Source: an uncultured Actinomycetota bacterium (GTDB lineage: Bacteria; Actinomycetota; Geothermincolia; Geothermincolales; RBG-13-55-18). From it: DNA of 64,000 bases. Position 1 is the first letter of the stretch. Each line of letters opens with the position of its first letter. Of the stretch, positions 38,459-48,684 are shown piece by piece. The stretch lies in the NCBI GenBank assembly GCA_964510515.1, contig CAZEAU010000008.1, positions 5,379 to 69,378 on the forward strand, written 5' to 3'. Made by a program: the position numbers and the translations under genes. The notes beneath the pieces were generated by a model. That model made no database searches, had not been told where the DNA came from, and saw nothing but the letters and a program-made list of their open reading frames with translations.

Positions 38459-39169
38459 ATGAGGGCGAGGATAGGGAGCAGGGTCGAGGTGGCGGAGCAG
38501 ACCCTGCAGGTGGTGTTCGACCTGCTCGGAGAGACGGTGGACTTCAAGCCGGGACAGTTCTTCTTCGTGGACCTCATCGACCCGCCCTACGACGACAAGA
38601 GGGGGGCGCGGCGTCACTTCTCCATCGTCAACTCCCCCAACGAGAAGGGGGTCATCGTCATGGCCACGCGGCTGCGCGACTCAGCCTTCAAGAGGTCGCT
38701 GGCGGAGATGCCCGTGGGGAGCGAGGTGGAGATCTCCCGTTTGGGGGGAGAGGATTTCTCCCTCCCCGACGCGGGCGAGGCGCCGCTGGTATTCATCGCG
38801 GGGGGCATCGGCATCGCGCCCTTCATCTCCATGCTCAGATACGCCATGGAGGAGGACCTGCCCCATCACATCACCCTTATCTATTCCAACCGCGACCGCA
38901 AGTCGGCCCCCTACCTGGGCGAACTCGAGGAGCGCGCCGCGGGCAACAGCAAGCTGCGCCTGGTGCTGACCATGACCGACGAGCCCTCCTGGGAGGGCGA
39001 GGCCAGGAGGGTGGACGGGGACTTCATCGCCGAATACGTGCCCGACGCGGCCTCCTCCACCTTCTATATCGCTGGGCCCCCGGGCATGAACAAGGCGCTG
39101 GCGCAGGAGCTGCAGCGCGCCGGGGTGGACGCCGATTCCATCAAGGCCTCGAATTTCGCCGGCTATTGA
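38459..39169 (+). CDS. FNR-like FAD/NAD(P)-binding oxidoreductase
   Basis: RxFS FAD motif (RRHFSIVNSP), GGIGIAPF NAD motif, C-terminal AGPPGM. RBS AGGAGG. Confidence 0.8.
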   Translation: MRARIGSRVEVAEQTLQVVFDLLGETVDFKPGQFFFVDLIDPPYDDKRGARRHFSIVNSPNEKGVIVMATRLRDSAFKRSLAEMPVGSEVEISRLGGEDFSLPDAGEAPLVFIAGGIGIAPFISMLRYAMEEDLPHHITLIYSNRDRKSAPYLGELEERAAGNSKLRLVLTMTDEPSWEGEARRVDGDFIAEYVPDAASSTFYIAGPPGMNKALAQELQRAGVDADSIKASNFAGY

Positions 39170-39178
39170 GCGCCGCCC

Positions 39179-39571
39179 TCAGGAGAGCTTTATCTCCCGG
39201 GAGGACTCCCACAGGCCATGGATATTGCACAGGGCGAGGGCGTAGAGCGTCCCCGGCTTGTTCACCTTGAGATAGGCGACCACGGCGTGATGGGTATAGG
39301 CGGGGCCCTCGTTCGCCCCCTGCACGGACTCGCCGTGGGCGGTGAACTCGAAGTTCCCCACCTGATAGCTGAACTTGTCCCCCTCGGGATGGAAGAAGAG
39401 CTGTATCCACCTGATGTGATGCTCGGTGGTGTTGGGGTGGTCCACCTCCACTCCGAGCCCGACCTTCACCTCGAAGACCTCTCCCGCCCGCACCGCGTCC
39501 GGGCAGTCGATGGTGGGGACGTGTTTCTCCGTCTTCCAGTCGGCCGACTGCACCTGATCTCCCAGTTTCAT
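39179..39571 (-). CDS. Superoxide reductase (neelaredoxin / desulfoferrodoxin Fe-binding domain)
   Basis: EKHVP, HP.T.EHHI.W and CNIHGLWE ligand blocks (His4Cys). RBS AGGAGGTTGGAG. Confidence 0.8.
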   Translation of the reverse strand: MKLGDQVQSADWKTEKHVPTIDCPDAVRAGEVFEVKVGLGVEVDHPNTTEHHIRWIQLFFHPEGDKFSYQVGNFEFTAHGESVQGANEGPAYTHHAVVAYLKVNKPGTLYALALCNIHGLWESSREIKLS

Positions 39572-39735
39572 CTCCAACCTCCTCGGCATCGGGCGGCCCG
39601 TCGCCGCCGCTTCTCTCCTGAACCGCTCTCTAATAAACATTCCCTTGCGGGGAATGAATAAACCGCCTGCACGGGGCCAGGTCCGTCTTCGAGCCTGGGG
39701 GCACAGGCGGCCCCGGGCCGGGCCCGCAAGAGGCG

Positions 39736-40110
39736 TCAGCGCGGGCCGCGGTCGAGCCTGCGTGAGGAGATGACATCCACGCCGCTGCCCAGTATGTCCC
39801 GGAGGATGACCTCGCCGTCCGCGACCGGGGCGCGCATCTCCACGCGGGCCAGCTCCCGCACCGCCTCCCCGATCATGGACTTGGGGATGGGAGAGGCGCT
39901 CACCACCGGGAGCAGGGGCAGGGCGCCCCCCTTGACCCGCACGGTGGTGCTCAGCGTGCGGCGGGGGTCGCGGAACTCCTCCTCGGCATATTTCACCCCC
40001 ACCTTGCACTCGGCCCCCGCGACCTCCAGGACCTCCCCGTCCTCCTCCGTGAGCTCCAGGCCGCAGCTCAGGGGGCAGTTGATGCATACGAAGGCGTGCT
40101 TTTTCCTCAT
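39736..40110 (-). CDS. DUF1667 domain protein
   Basis: FVCINCPLSC .. ECKVG Cys pattern and size typical of DUF1667 proteins found with GlpA-like oxidoreductases. Start overlaps the upstream stop. Confidence 0.7.
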   Translation of the reverse strand: MRKKHAFVCINCPLSCGLELTEEDGEVLEVAGAECKVGVKYAEEEFRDPRRTLSTTVRVKGGALPLLPVVSASPIPKSMIGEAVRELARVEMRAPVADGEVILRDILGSGVDVISSRRLDRGPR

Positions 40111-41384
40111 CTCCGCCTCCCGCCCTCGCCCTCCACGGCCCGCACCTCCACGGCGATGCGCGGCGGGGCCTCCGTCTCCCGCGGTCCCACCCTGGCGTGC
40201 ACCATCTCCGGGGGTCGCACCATCCTCGCCTTGCGGGAATAGACCTCCTCGCCGGAGGCCATCACCACCGCCCGCGCCTCCCTCTCCGGGCGCTCCACGC
40301 GGAAGTAGAAATCCGCCCCCTCCCCCAGGCCCTCCACCAGCTGCGGGAGCACGAATCTCACATTCCTGCCGGCCTCGACGCGCGCGCAGGGCCCCCGCCT
40401 GCGCCCGGCGAGCACGAACTCCGCCGCCCCCCTCCCCGCCGTCTCCGACGTGCGCGTCACCCAGTCCACGAGGTCGAAGACGCCCACCACGTTGCCGCAG
40501 GCGAAGATGCCCGGAACCGAGGTCTGCATGCGCTCGTCCACCACGGGGCCGGAGGTGACCGGGTCCAGCTCCACGCCGGCCTGCTTGGAGAGCTCGTTCT
40601 CGGGGATGAGCCCCACGGAGAGGAGCAGGGTGTCGCAGGGCACGCGCCGCCCGCTCTCCACGCGCGGCCTGAGGTTCTCGTCCACCGCGGCCACCGTCAC
40701 CGCCTCCACCCGCTTGCGGCCGTGGACGAAGATGACGGTATGGGAGAGGTGCAGGGGGATGTCGTAGTCGTGCAGGCATTGCACCACGTTGCGGGTGAGC
40801 CCCCCGGGCTGGTCCAGGAGCTCATAGACCCCCTCCACCTCCGCGCCCTCCAGGGTGAAGCGGCGGGCCATGATGAGCCCGATGTCCCCCGAGCCGAGTA
40901 TGACCACCCTGCGCCCCGGCATGACCCCGTCGATGTTGATGTCCCTCTGGGCGGCCCCGGCGCAGATGACCCCCGCGGGCCGGTACCCCGGTATCATCAC
41001 CTGGTGGCGCGTGCGCTCGCGGCACCCCATGGCCAGGATGACCGTCTCGGGCTCGAGCTCGAACACGCCCTCGCGCGAGTTGACCGCGGCGATGCGGCGG
41101 TCCGCCCCCATCTCCAGGACCATGGTGTCCAGCATAACCTCGATGCCCGCCCGCTCCACGCGGTCGATATAGCGCTGGGCGTACTGCGGCCCGGTGAGCA
41201 CCTCGCCGAAGACCATGGAGCCGAAGCCGTCGTGAATGCACTGCGGCAGTATGCCCCCCAGCTCGATATCCCTCTCGATGAGCACCACATCGCGCAGGCC
41301 CGCCTCGCGCGCCGCCAGCGCCGCCGCCAGCCCCGCGGGGCCCCCGCCCACCACCGCGCACTGCGGCTTTCCCGCCACCCTCAT
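40107..41384 (-). CDS. NAD(P)/FAD-dependent oxidoreductase (pyridine nucleotide-disulfide family)
   Basis: N-terminal VVGGGPAGLAAA and a second VVILGSGDIGL dinucleotide motif. Confidence 0.8.
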   Translation of the reverse strand: MRVAGKPQCAVVGGGPAGLAAALAAREAGLRDVVLIERDIELGGILPQCIHDGFGSMVFGEVLTGPQYAQRYIDRVERAGIEVMLDTMVLEMGADRRIAAVNSREGVFELEPETVILAMGCRERTRHQVMIPGYRPAGVICAGAAQRDINIDGVMPGRRVVILGSGDIGLIMARRFTLEGAEVEGVYELLDQPGGLTRNVVQCLHDYDIPLHLSHTVIFVHGRKRVEAVTVAAVDENLRPRVESGRRVPCDTLLLSVGLIPENELSKQAGVELDPVTSGPVVDERMQTSVPGIFACGNVVGVFDLVDWVTRTSETAGRGAAEFVLAGRRRGPCARVEAGRNVRFVLPQLVEGLGEGADFYFRVERPEREARAVVMASGEEVYSRKARMVRPPEMVHARVGPRETEAPPRIAVEVRAVEGEGGRRR

Positions 41385-42937
41385 CGCGCCCCGCCCCCCA
41401 GGAGCTCCTTGGCCATGCCCAAATAGAGCGGGGAGCCCTCCCCGTCCTTGGTCACCGCGGTGACCGGGATGCCCAGCTCCGCGGCGAGGATGGCGGCCAC
41501 GCGGTTGCCGCAGAAGCCGCCCTGGCAGCGCCCCATGCCGGTGCGCGTGCGCCGCTTCACCGCGTCCATGTTCACGGCGGGTATGAGGGAATGCACGGCG
41601 TTCACCACCTCCATCTCGGTCACCGTCTCACAGCGGCAGATAACGTGCCCCCAGCGGGGGTCCTCACGGATGAGGCGGTTGCGCTCCTTCCGCGGCAGCT
41701 CGGAGAACTTGGGCGCGGGCGGCGCCGGGGGGTCGAAGTCCGGGCGCGGCTCGCGCGGCAGGCCCAGCTCGTGCAGGATCTCCAGCGCCATCTCCGCGAT
41801 GGCGGGCGCGGAGGCGAGGCCGGGGGACTGTATGCCGGCCACGTTTACGAAACCGCGCACCTCCTCCGAGGCGGCGATGACGAAGTCCTCCTCCAGGGTG
41901 GGGGCGCGGATGCCGCTGAAGGCGGAGATGAGGGCGTCGCGGGGAAAGTTGGGGAGCAGGTAATGGAACCTCTCGAAGATCTCCTCTATCTCGTCGGCTC
42001 CGATGGAGGTGTCCTGCTTGTCCGCGGTCTCGATGGCCGTGGGGCCCAGCTGCAGGTTGCCCTCCGCGGTGGGCATGGCCCCCCCGCCCTTGCTCTGGGT
42101 GGTCCTCTGCCCCGGCAGGCGGAACTCCGCCACGCTGGCGCGCACGTATTCCGCCGTCACCTGGCGGTCGAAGAGCAGGGTGGCCCCCTTGCGGGGGTGG
42201 ATGACGAAACCCCCCGCGCCGGCCATGTCGGCCACCTCGTCGGCGAAAACGCCCGCGGCGTTGACCACCAGGGGGGTCGCTATCTCGCCCCGCCGGGTGA
42301 GCACCCCCCTCACCTCCCCCCCCGAGACCCGGAAGCCCGTGACCTCGGTGCCCAGGCAGACGCGCGCGCCGTTGACGACCGCGTGCTCGGCCAGGGCGAT
42401 GGTCAGCTTATAGGGGCTGATGAGGCCGTAAGTGGGGTCGAAGACCCCGGCCACCGCCTCGCGGGTCACGTTGGGCTCCATCAGGAAGACCTCGTCCCGG
42501 CTGAGCGCGCGCAGCCCGCCGATGCCCGCGCTCTCGCCGTAGGCGATGATGGCCTCGGGTATCTTGCGCGTGAGGACATCCTCGCGCTCGGGCTCGCCCA
42601 TGCCCGTCGTCCCGGGCGGGATGGTGCGCTGGGTGATGACCAGGAGCATGCCCTGCCGCTTCAGCTTCACCCCCAGGCCGCGCACGAAATCGTCGTAGAG
42701 GCGGTTGCCGCGCACGTTGAGCTTCTGCTTGAGGGTGCCGGCGTCCTCGCCGATGCCCGAGTGCACCTCGGCGTTGTTGGCCTTGCTGGCCCCGCAGGCC
42801 ACGTCGTCCTCCTTCTCCAGGACCACGATGTCCGAGACGTACTTGGACGCCTCCCTGGCGATGGAGCAGCCGATGACCCCGGCCCCCACGACGACCATGG
42901 CGGCACGCTCGGGGAGGGGTTGTCCTGCGATCGGCAA
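41381..42937 (-). CDS. FAD-dependent oxidoreductase, GlpA-like, with C-terminal BFD-like [2Fe-2S] domain
   Basis: [15 protein letters not shown] motif. C-terminal HVICRCETV .. [13 protein letters not shown] signature. Confidence 0.8.
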   Translation of the reverse strand: MPIAGQPLPERAAMVVVGAGVIGCSIAREASKYVSDIVVLEKEDDVACGASKANNAEVHSGIGEDAGTLKQKLNVRGNRLYDDFVRGLGVKLKRQGMLLVITQRTIPPGTTGMGEPEREDVLTRKIPEAIIAYGESAGIGGLRALSRDEVFLMEPNVTREAVAGVFDPTYGLISPYKLTIALAEHAVVNGARVCLGTEVTGFRVSGGEVRGVLTRRGEIATPLVVNAAGVFADEVADMAGAGGFVIHPRKGATLLFDRQVTAEYVRASVAEFRLPGQRTTQSKGGGAMPTAEGNLQLGPTAIETADKQDTSIGADEIEEIFERFHYLLPNFPRDALISAFSGIRAPTLEEDFVIAASEEVRGFVNVAGIQSPGLASAPAIAEMALEILHELGLPREPRPDFDPPAPPAPKFSELPRKERNRLIREDPRWGHVICRCETVTEMEVVNAVHSLIPAVNMDAVKRRTRTGMGRCQGGFCGNRVAAILAAELGIPVTAVTKDGEGSPLYLGMAKELLGGGAR

Positions 42938-43188
42938 AGCCCGCGCCTCCCTTCCTCGTCGCCCTCGTTGGCGGCTTCCCGCGCCGCGGGCGGCCGCGCA
43001 TCTTCTTTTTCCTTATTCTACCCCCCGGCGCCGCGAGCGTCCCCCGCCTTTTGCCGGCCTGTCCGACCGCCGCGGGGGCGGGGCGGAGAGGGCGCCCAAC
43101 GCCCGCGGCGGCAGCGACCGCCGCGCAGCGCCCGCGCGGGTTGACGCGCGACATCGCCGCGGCCCGCCGGCTGCGCTATATTGAGGTC

Positions 43189-43560
43189 ATGAAGAAAAAG
43201 GCGCTTACGCGGGAGGAGGAGCGGGTCATCATCCACGGCGGCACGGAGATGCCTTTCGTGGGGGAATACACCGACCTCTTCGCCCCCGGCATCTACACGT
43301 GCAGGCAGTGCGGGGCGGCGCTTTACCGCTCGCAGGACAAGTTCCATTCCGGCTGCGGCTGGCCCAGCTTCGACGACGAGGTCCCGGGGGCGGTGGAGAG
43401 GAAGCCGGATCCCGACGGCATGAGGACGGAGATAGTCTGCGCCGCCTGCGGCGGGCACCTGGGACATCTTTTCCACGGCGAGGGCTTGACCCCCAAGAAT
43501 ACCCGCCACTGCGTCAACTCCGTCTCCATGAGGTTCATCCCCCATGACGACGCCGAATAG
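43189..43560 (+). CDS. msrB: Peptide-methionine (R)-S-oxide reductase
   Basis: CRQCGAALY .. CGWPSF .. [10 protein letters not shown] .. RHCVNS: both CxxC pairs and the catalytic Cys. Confidence 0.9.
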   Translation: MKKKALTREEERVIIHGGTEMPFVGEYTDLFAPGIYTCRQCGAALYRSQDKFHSGCGWPSFDDEVPGAVERKPDPDGMRTEIVCAACGGHLGHLFHGEGLTPKNTRHCVNSVSMRFIPHDDAE

Positions 43561-44074
43561 CCGCGAGACCATAGTCCTCGGCGGGGGATGCTTCTGGTGC
43601 ACCGAGGCGGTGCTGGGCACCGTGCCCGGGGTGCTCGGCGTGACCCCCGGTTACGCCGGCGGCCACGCTCCCGACCCTACCTACCGCCAGGTGTGCGGCG
43701 GGGAGACCGGCCATGCCGAGGTAGTGGAGGTGGAATACGACCCCACGGCGGTACGGCTGGAGGACATCCTGGAGGTCTTTTTCGCCACCCACGACCCCAC
43801 CTCCCTCAACCGCCAGGGCGCCGATGTGGGCACCCAGTACAGGTCCATCGTCCTCTACGATTCGCCGCGCCAGAAGGAGGCGGTGGAGAGGTTCATCGCC
43901 GGCATCGCCGGGAAATACGACCGCCGGGTCGTCACCGAGGTGAGGGAGCTGGAGAGGTTCTATCCCGCGGAGGAATGCCACCGGCGCTACTACGCCAGGA
44001 ACCGGGACCAGCCCTACTGCCGCGCCGTCATCTCCCCCAAGCTGGCCGCGCTGCGGCGCGGGCGCCCCGGCTGA
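43544..44074 (+). CDS. msrA: Peptide-methionine (S)-S-oxide reductase
   Basis: GGGCFWC active-site motif near the N-terminus. Overlaps msrB by 17 nt. Confidence 0.9.
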   Translation: MTTPNSRETIVLGGGCFWCTEAVLGTVPGVLGVTPGYAGGHAPDPTYRQVCGGETGHAEVVEVEYDPTAVRLEDILEVFFATHDPTSLNRQGADVGTQYRSIVLYDSPRQKEAVERFIAGIAGKYDRRVVTEVRELERFYPAEECHRRYYARNRDQPYCRAVISPKLAALRRGRPG

Positions 44075-44098
44075 GAGGCGGAGGGGGGCTTTGCGCCC

Positions 44099-45061
44099 TC
44101 ACCTGCCGAAGCGGATGGCGAACCTCACGTTCCTGTGCGCCCTGTCGGCGGCTTCCCGGACCAGGACGTCCTCGTCGGCCAGGGTCTCTTCCAGCGCCTG
44201 CAGCGACCGCTCGTCCTTGAGTATCCCCAGGGACTTTACCGCCCCCAGGCGGACGTAGCGGTTCTCGTCCCCCAGCACCGCGATGAGCTCCGGGACCGCG
44301 TTGCGGTCGCCGATGACCCCCAACGCCTCCGCAGCCTTCCACCTCACGTGCGGGTGACCGTCGCGCAGCGCCGCCATCAGCGAGCCCACCGCCCTGCGGT
44401 CGCCTATCCTGCCCAGGGCGGTGGCCGCCCTCCACTTGGAGCGCAGGGTGCCGCTCTCCAGCTCCTCCATGAGCAACCCGACCGCCTGCGAGCCCATGAG
44501 CTCGCAGGCCTCCAGCGCCCCCCAGCGCACGCGCAGGCGTTCGTCGTCCAGGGAGCCCACCAGGGACCTTATCGCCGGCTGCCCCATCTTGACCAGGGCG
44601 TCCAGCGCCCGCTTGCGCACGCGCAGACTTTTATCGTCCATGGCGTCGATAAGGGGCCTGACCGCGGGGTAGCCCATGATGGCCAGGGACTTGGAGGCGA
44701 TCCAGCGCACGTTGACGTCGTTGTCCTTGAGGATCTCGATCAGGGGGGGTATGGCCCTCGCATCCCGCATCTTCCCCAACACCCCCGCGGCCTCGGCCCG
44801 GGTGTACTTGTTCTCGGCATCCAGGGCTTCGAGCAGGTAGTCGGCCACGGATTCCCCCATGTCCAGCAGAGAATCCGCGGCCGCCCACCTCACGCGCTCA
44901 TGCTTGTCCGAGAGGACGCCGATGAGCGCCCTGGCGGCGCTGCGGCTCTTGTGCCTGCCCAGCTCCTTCGCCGCCCTGAGGCGGATTCCGGGGTCCTCAT
45001 CCTCCAGGTCCTTCATCAGCTCCTGGGTGCGGTCCTCCTTCATGATGTTGAACGGGTTCAT
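44099..45061 (-). CDS. HEAT-repeat (PBS-lyase type) protein, paralog of 28532-29518
   Basis: Same VRW.AA.ALG repeat architecture. ATG 45061 after GGAGGGGAGG. Confidence 0.8.
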   Translation of the reverse strand: MNPFNIMKEDRTQELMKDLEDEDPGIRLRAAKELGRHKSRSAARALIGVLSDKHERVRWAAADSLLDMGESVADYLLEALDAENKYTRAEAAGVLGKMRDARAIPPLIEILKDNDVNVRWIASKSLAIMGYPAVRPLIDAMDDKSLRVRKRALDALVKMGQPAIRSLVGSLDDERLRVRWGALEACELMGSQAVGLLMEELESGTLRSKWRAATALGRIGDRRAVGSLMAALRDGHPHVRWKAAEALGVIGDRNAVPELIAVLGDENRYVRLGAVKSLGILKDERSLQALEETLADEDVLVREAADRAHRNVRFAIRFGR

Positions 45062-45338
45062 GTCAAACACGTCCAGCTTTCCTCCCCTCCGCTCTTCCGC
45101 ACAAAAAACGCCCCGCGAGGGGCCTCGAACCCTTGCCTGCGTCCGCATCATGACCCTGGTCCTTGCCTGCGCCCACATTATAACTCTAACAGAAGGGTTC
45201 CCCCGCGCGGGAGAGGACAAACAAGGAGCGCACGGGGGTCTTCCCACGGAGCACTCGTCTCCGGCGCGCCCCGCCTCGCCGCGCCCAGGAAGGTCGTGGG
45301 GGGCTTGGGGGCGGCGGGGCGGGTGCTACAATGTGTAA

Positions 45339-46898
45339 ATGCAAGTGCGGGATGGGTCGCCGGCGGCACAAGCGGGCGGAGCGGTTGCCGTGAGAAGAAT
45401 CGCGAAGAGGGCGCATCTGCGGACAGCCCTGCCCGCGGCCCTTTGTGCTCTGGCCGCCCTGTGCGCGCTCGCGGCGGCCTGCATCCCCGCAGCCGCGGCG
45501 CAGAGGGCGGTTCTGCCCGCCCTGCCGCCCGAGCCCGAGGGGGGAAGCGGCGAGCCCGCCCCCTCCCTGGACGAGCGGCTGCGGGAGCTGGCGCAGGGCG
45601 CCGGGGGCGAGTACGGCATCTATCTCAGCGCGTTGCAGACGGGAGAGCATGCGGGGTATCAGGAGGACAAGCCCTTCTACGCCGCCAGCTGCTACAAACT
45701 CTTCCAGGTCATGTACATCTACGAGAGCGCGGCGCGCGGCAGGATAGACCTCGGCCGCGCCATCGCCTGCGGGGAGGGCGATATCGAGGGGGAGGCGGGG
45801 GTCATACAGCATCGATCCCTGGGCACGGCCTACACCACGCGGGAGCTGTGCAGGTACGCCATCACCTACAGCGACAATACGGCGGCGAGGATGCTGCGCA
45901 GGGTCTATGGGTACGCGCCCTACCGCGATTACGCCGCCTCCATCGGCTGCAGCGTGAGCGGCCGCTATGGCGGCAACCTCACCACCGCCCGCGAGATGGG
46001 CATCCTGCTCATGCGCGTCCATCAGTTCGCCTCCGTGAGCCCGCTGGGCCAGGAGGTGGTCTCCTTCCTGGAGGAGAGCGTGCAGGACTGGCGCATCCCC
46101 GCCGGGCTTCCCGAGGGCGTGAGGGTGGGCAACAAGACGGGCGACTATCTCGGCTACGCAAACGACGCCGCCCTGGTCTTCGCGGAGGGCCTCACCTACG
46201 TGCTCTGCGTCCTCTCCAGCGGCGCACCGGGAAACCGCGTGCACACCGAGGCCTCGCGCCTGGTCTATGAGCACCTGGCGCAAGGGCCCGGGGGGGAGGG
46301 AGCCCGCGGCGCAGAAGCGCCCGCGCCGTACGTGCGGCATTTTTTCGCCCACCTCCCCGCGCCTCCGGACAGCGAGACCTGGCTGCGCCTGAGCAACGAC
46401 GCCGCCTGCACGGCCGCCGTCGCGCTCAAGCTCTCGGGCGGGGACCTCGCCCTTGCGCAGTGGAGATTGTACGCGCCCTCGCGCAGCGAGATGACCTTAT
46501 GCCCGGCTGGGATGTGGAGGGGCGGAGGGGAGTGCGTCCTCTCGCTGTCCTCCCCGGCGCCCATACGGGCGGAGCTTCTGACCTACCGCGAAGGCGGCGG
46601 CGGATGGGAGCTCGCGGGCCGCTCCGCCGGGCTGGAACATGCGGCGACGGAGCTCTGCCTCGTGGCTGACGCCGGCGCGCAGGGACCGCAAACGCGGCTC
46701 CACCTCTTCAACCCGGGGGCGGCGGCGGAGTGCACGGTTTACGGCGTCGCGGAGAGCGGGGCCGTGAAGGCGCCGCTCACCCTCCCCCCCGGAGGCATCT
46801 GCTCGCTGCCGGTCGAGCAGCTCACCGGCGGCGGCGTCTTCGCCCTCTACGTCCTCGCCGACGCGCCCCTCGTCGCCGAGGCAGCCCCCGCCCCCTAG
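45339..46898 (+). CDS. Class-A beta-lactamase-like serine hydrolase with signal peptide and about 170-aa C-terminal extension
   Basis: SxxK (ASCYK), SDN (YSDN) and KTG (NKTGD) motifs. Ala/Leu-rich signal peptide. C-terminal Cys-containing domain of unknown function. Confidence 0.7.
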   Translation: MQVRDGSPAAQAGGAVAVRRIAKRAHLRTALPAALCALAALCALAAACIPAAAAQRAVLPALPPEPEGGSGEPAPSLDERLRELAQGAGGEYGIYLSALQTGEHAGYQEDKPFYAASCYKLFQVMYIYESAARGRIDLGRAIACGEGDIEGEAGVIQHRSLGTAYTTRELCRYAITYSDNTAARMLRRVYGYAPYRDYAASIGCSVSGRYGGNLTTAREMGILLMRVHQFASVSPLGQEVVSFLEESVQDWRIPAGLPEGVRVGNKTGDYLGYANDAALVFAEGLTYVLCVLSSGAPGNRVHTEASRLVYEHLAQGPGGEGARGAEAPAPYVRHFFAHLPAPPDSETWLRLSNDAACTAAVALKLSGGDLALAQWRLYAPSRSEMTLCPAGMWRGGGECVLSLSSPAPIRAELLTYREGGGGWELAGRSAGLEHAATELCLVADAGAQGPQTRLHLFNPGAAAECTVYGVAESGAVKAPLTLPPGGICSLPVEQLTGGGVFALYVLADAPLVAEAAPAP

Positions 46899-46960
46899 CC
46901 GGTTCGGCCGCTACCGCGGCCGCACTCCGCCTCTGTATATAATGGTGGCCGGGTGATGAG

Positions 46961-48106
46961 ATGGACGAGTCAGCAAACGGTGTGCGCGACATGCTGCGCA
47001 GCGAGGCCTGCGGCTTCGCGGCGCGCGTCCTGCGCGGCGGGGGCGAAGGGCGCATGAGGGACCCCGTGCGCCTCATGGAGATGCTCGCGCAAACGGCGGC
47101 GGCGGGGTACCCGGGCCTGCTCATACCCGCCTCGTGCGGCGGCGAGGGCGGCGGCCTGCTGGAGGCCTGCATCGTGGTCGAGGAGGTCGCGGCCGAGGAG
47201 CCCAGCCTGGCCCTCATGCTCGTCCACCACCTCTCCTGCGCGCTCGGCATCGTGCTCTGGGCGGGAGAGGGGCAGAGGCTGCGCTTCCTCCCGCCGCTGT
47301 GTTCGCTGCGCAGCGTGGGGGCCGTGGCCCTCACCGAGCCCGAGGCGGGAAGCGACCTCGCGGCCGTCAAGGCGAGCCTGCAGAGAAGGGGCGGGCATCT
47401 CGTGCTCGACGGCAACAAGTGCTTCGTCACCAACACCGGGGAGGGCATCGACGCCCTGGTGCTGGGTTTCTTCCGCGATGCCTCGGGCCTGGCCTGCGCC
47501 CTGGTCCCCTCCTCGGCCCCCGGGTTCCACCTTGCCCACCACTACCGCTTCGCGGGCTGGGAGGGCCTTCCCAATCACGCCATCGTCCTGCAGGGCTGCC
47601 TTGTCCCCGCCGACCACCTCGTCGCGGAACGCCTGGAGGACGAGGGTTACCGGCGCTGGTGGGACGGCTCGATGCTGCTGGTCACGGCCCTGGCGGTGGG
47701 CATGATGAGGGCCTGCAGGGAGAAGGCGGTGCGCTACTGCGGCGAGCGCCGCCAGTTCGGCAAAAGGCTGCTCGAACACCAGGCCCTGCGTTTGCGCATC
47801 TCCGATATGGCGGTCTGCGAGACCCTGGCCAGGACGGGTATGGAGCTCGCCGCCGCGCGCTTGGACGCGGGAGCGTCCTGCCACGACGAGGTGTGCATGC
47901 TCAAACTCTTCGCCACCGGGCGCCTGGAGGAGGTCGCCTCGTCGGCGGTGGAGATGGCGGGGGGATACGGGTACACCCTCGACAGCGGCCTTTCCGCGCT
48001 CTACCGCGACGCCAAGGGGTTGCAGCTGCTGTGGGGAACGCGGGAGATGATGCGCCTGGAGATAGCCCGCTCGCTGGACGCGCCGCCGCACTCATCCCGC
48101 TCCTGA
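46961..48106 (+). CDS. Acyl-CoA dehydrogenase family protein
   Basis: AVALTEPEAGSDLAA and the C-terminal GGYGY..D block. Confidence 0.85.
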   Translation: MDESANGVRDMLRSEACGFAARVLRGGGEGRMRDPVRLMEMLAQTAAAGYPGLLIPASCGGEGGGLLEACIVVEEVAAEEPSLALMLVHHLSCALGIVLWAGEGQRLRFLPPLCSLRSVGAVALTEPEAGSDLAAVKASLQRRGGHLVLDGNKCFVTNTGEGIDALVLGFFRDASGLACALVPSSAPGFHLAHHYRFAGWEGLPNHAIVLQGCLVPADHLVAERLEDEGYRRWWDGSMLLVTALAVGMMRACREKAVRYCGERRQFGKRLLEHQALRLRISDMAVCETLARTGMELAAARLDAGASCHDEVCMLKLFATGRLEEVASSAVEMAGGYGYTLDSGLSALYRDAKGLQLLWGTREMMRLEIARSLDAPPHSSRS

Positions 48107-48170
48107 CCGCCCTCCCCGCGAAGCGGGCGGGGCGGGCTCCCGGGCAGAAAAGGGGGGACGGCCTGCGGTC

Positions 48171-48653
48171 TCAGCGCCCGCCGCGCCAGCGGTGACCCCC
48201 GCCGCGGACGCCGCTTCCCCGCGCGGGCCGCGCGGAGCCGCGGGATGCCCTGCTTGCCGCCCTCGTCCACCTTGTGCTGACGCCGCTTCCCCGCACGGGC
48301 CGCGCGGAGCCGCGGCCCGCGAACCTGGCGATCAACCGGTACAGCGCCGGGACGAGGACCGCCGCGACCGCGACCTTCTGCTCCCTGGCGAGAAGGGGCC
48401 GCGCCCTGATGGCGGACACCGGCCGCGCCTCCGCTCGGGGCTCCGCAAGAGGCCGACCTGCCGTGCGCGGAGCCGGAAGCTCCTCGTACTCGTAGATGGC
48501 GCCCTGGGGGCAGGACTCGGCGCAGGAGCCGCACGAGGTGCACAAGCCCTGGATTATCTCCGCCGTCTGACCCTGCATGCGGATAGCCCCGCTGGGACAG
48601 CTCTCCAGGCACAGGCTGCACCCCGTGCACAGTTCCTCGTCAACCGTAAACAT
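48171..48653 (-). CDS. 2x[4Fe-4S] ferredoxin with long low-complexity C-terminal tail
   Basis: CTGCSLCLESCP and CTSCGSCAESCP. The remaining about 100 aa are Arg/Ala/Gly-rich; the true stop may be earlier if there is a frameshift. Confidence 0.65.
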   Translation of the reverse strand: MFTVDEELCTGCSLCLESCPSGAIRMQGQTAEIIQGLCTSCGSCAESCPQGAIYEYEELPAPRTAGRPLAEPRAEARPVSAIRARPLLAREQKVAVAAVLVPALYRLIARFAGRGSARPVRGSGVSTRWTRAASRASRGSARPARGSGVRGGGHRWRGGR

Positions 48654-48684
48654 GCTCAAGACACCCCGGTGCGGCCGCATGCGC

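Noticed and set aside
44135-46270. 711-aa plus-strand ORF and 388-aa minus-strand ORF
   Set aside because: Antisense of the HEAT-repeat gene and the beta-lactamase-like gene respectively.
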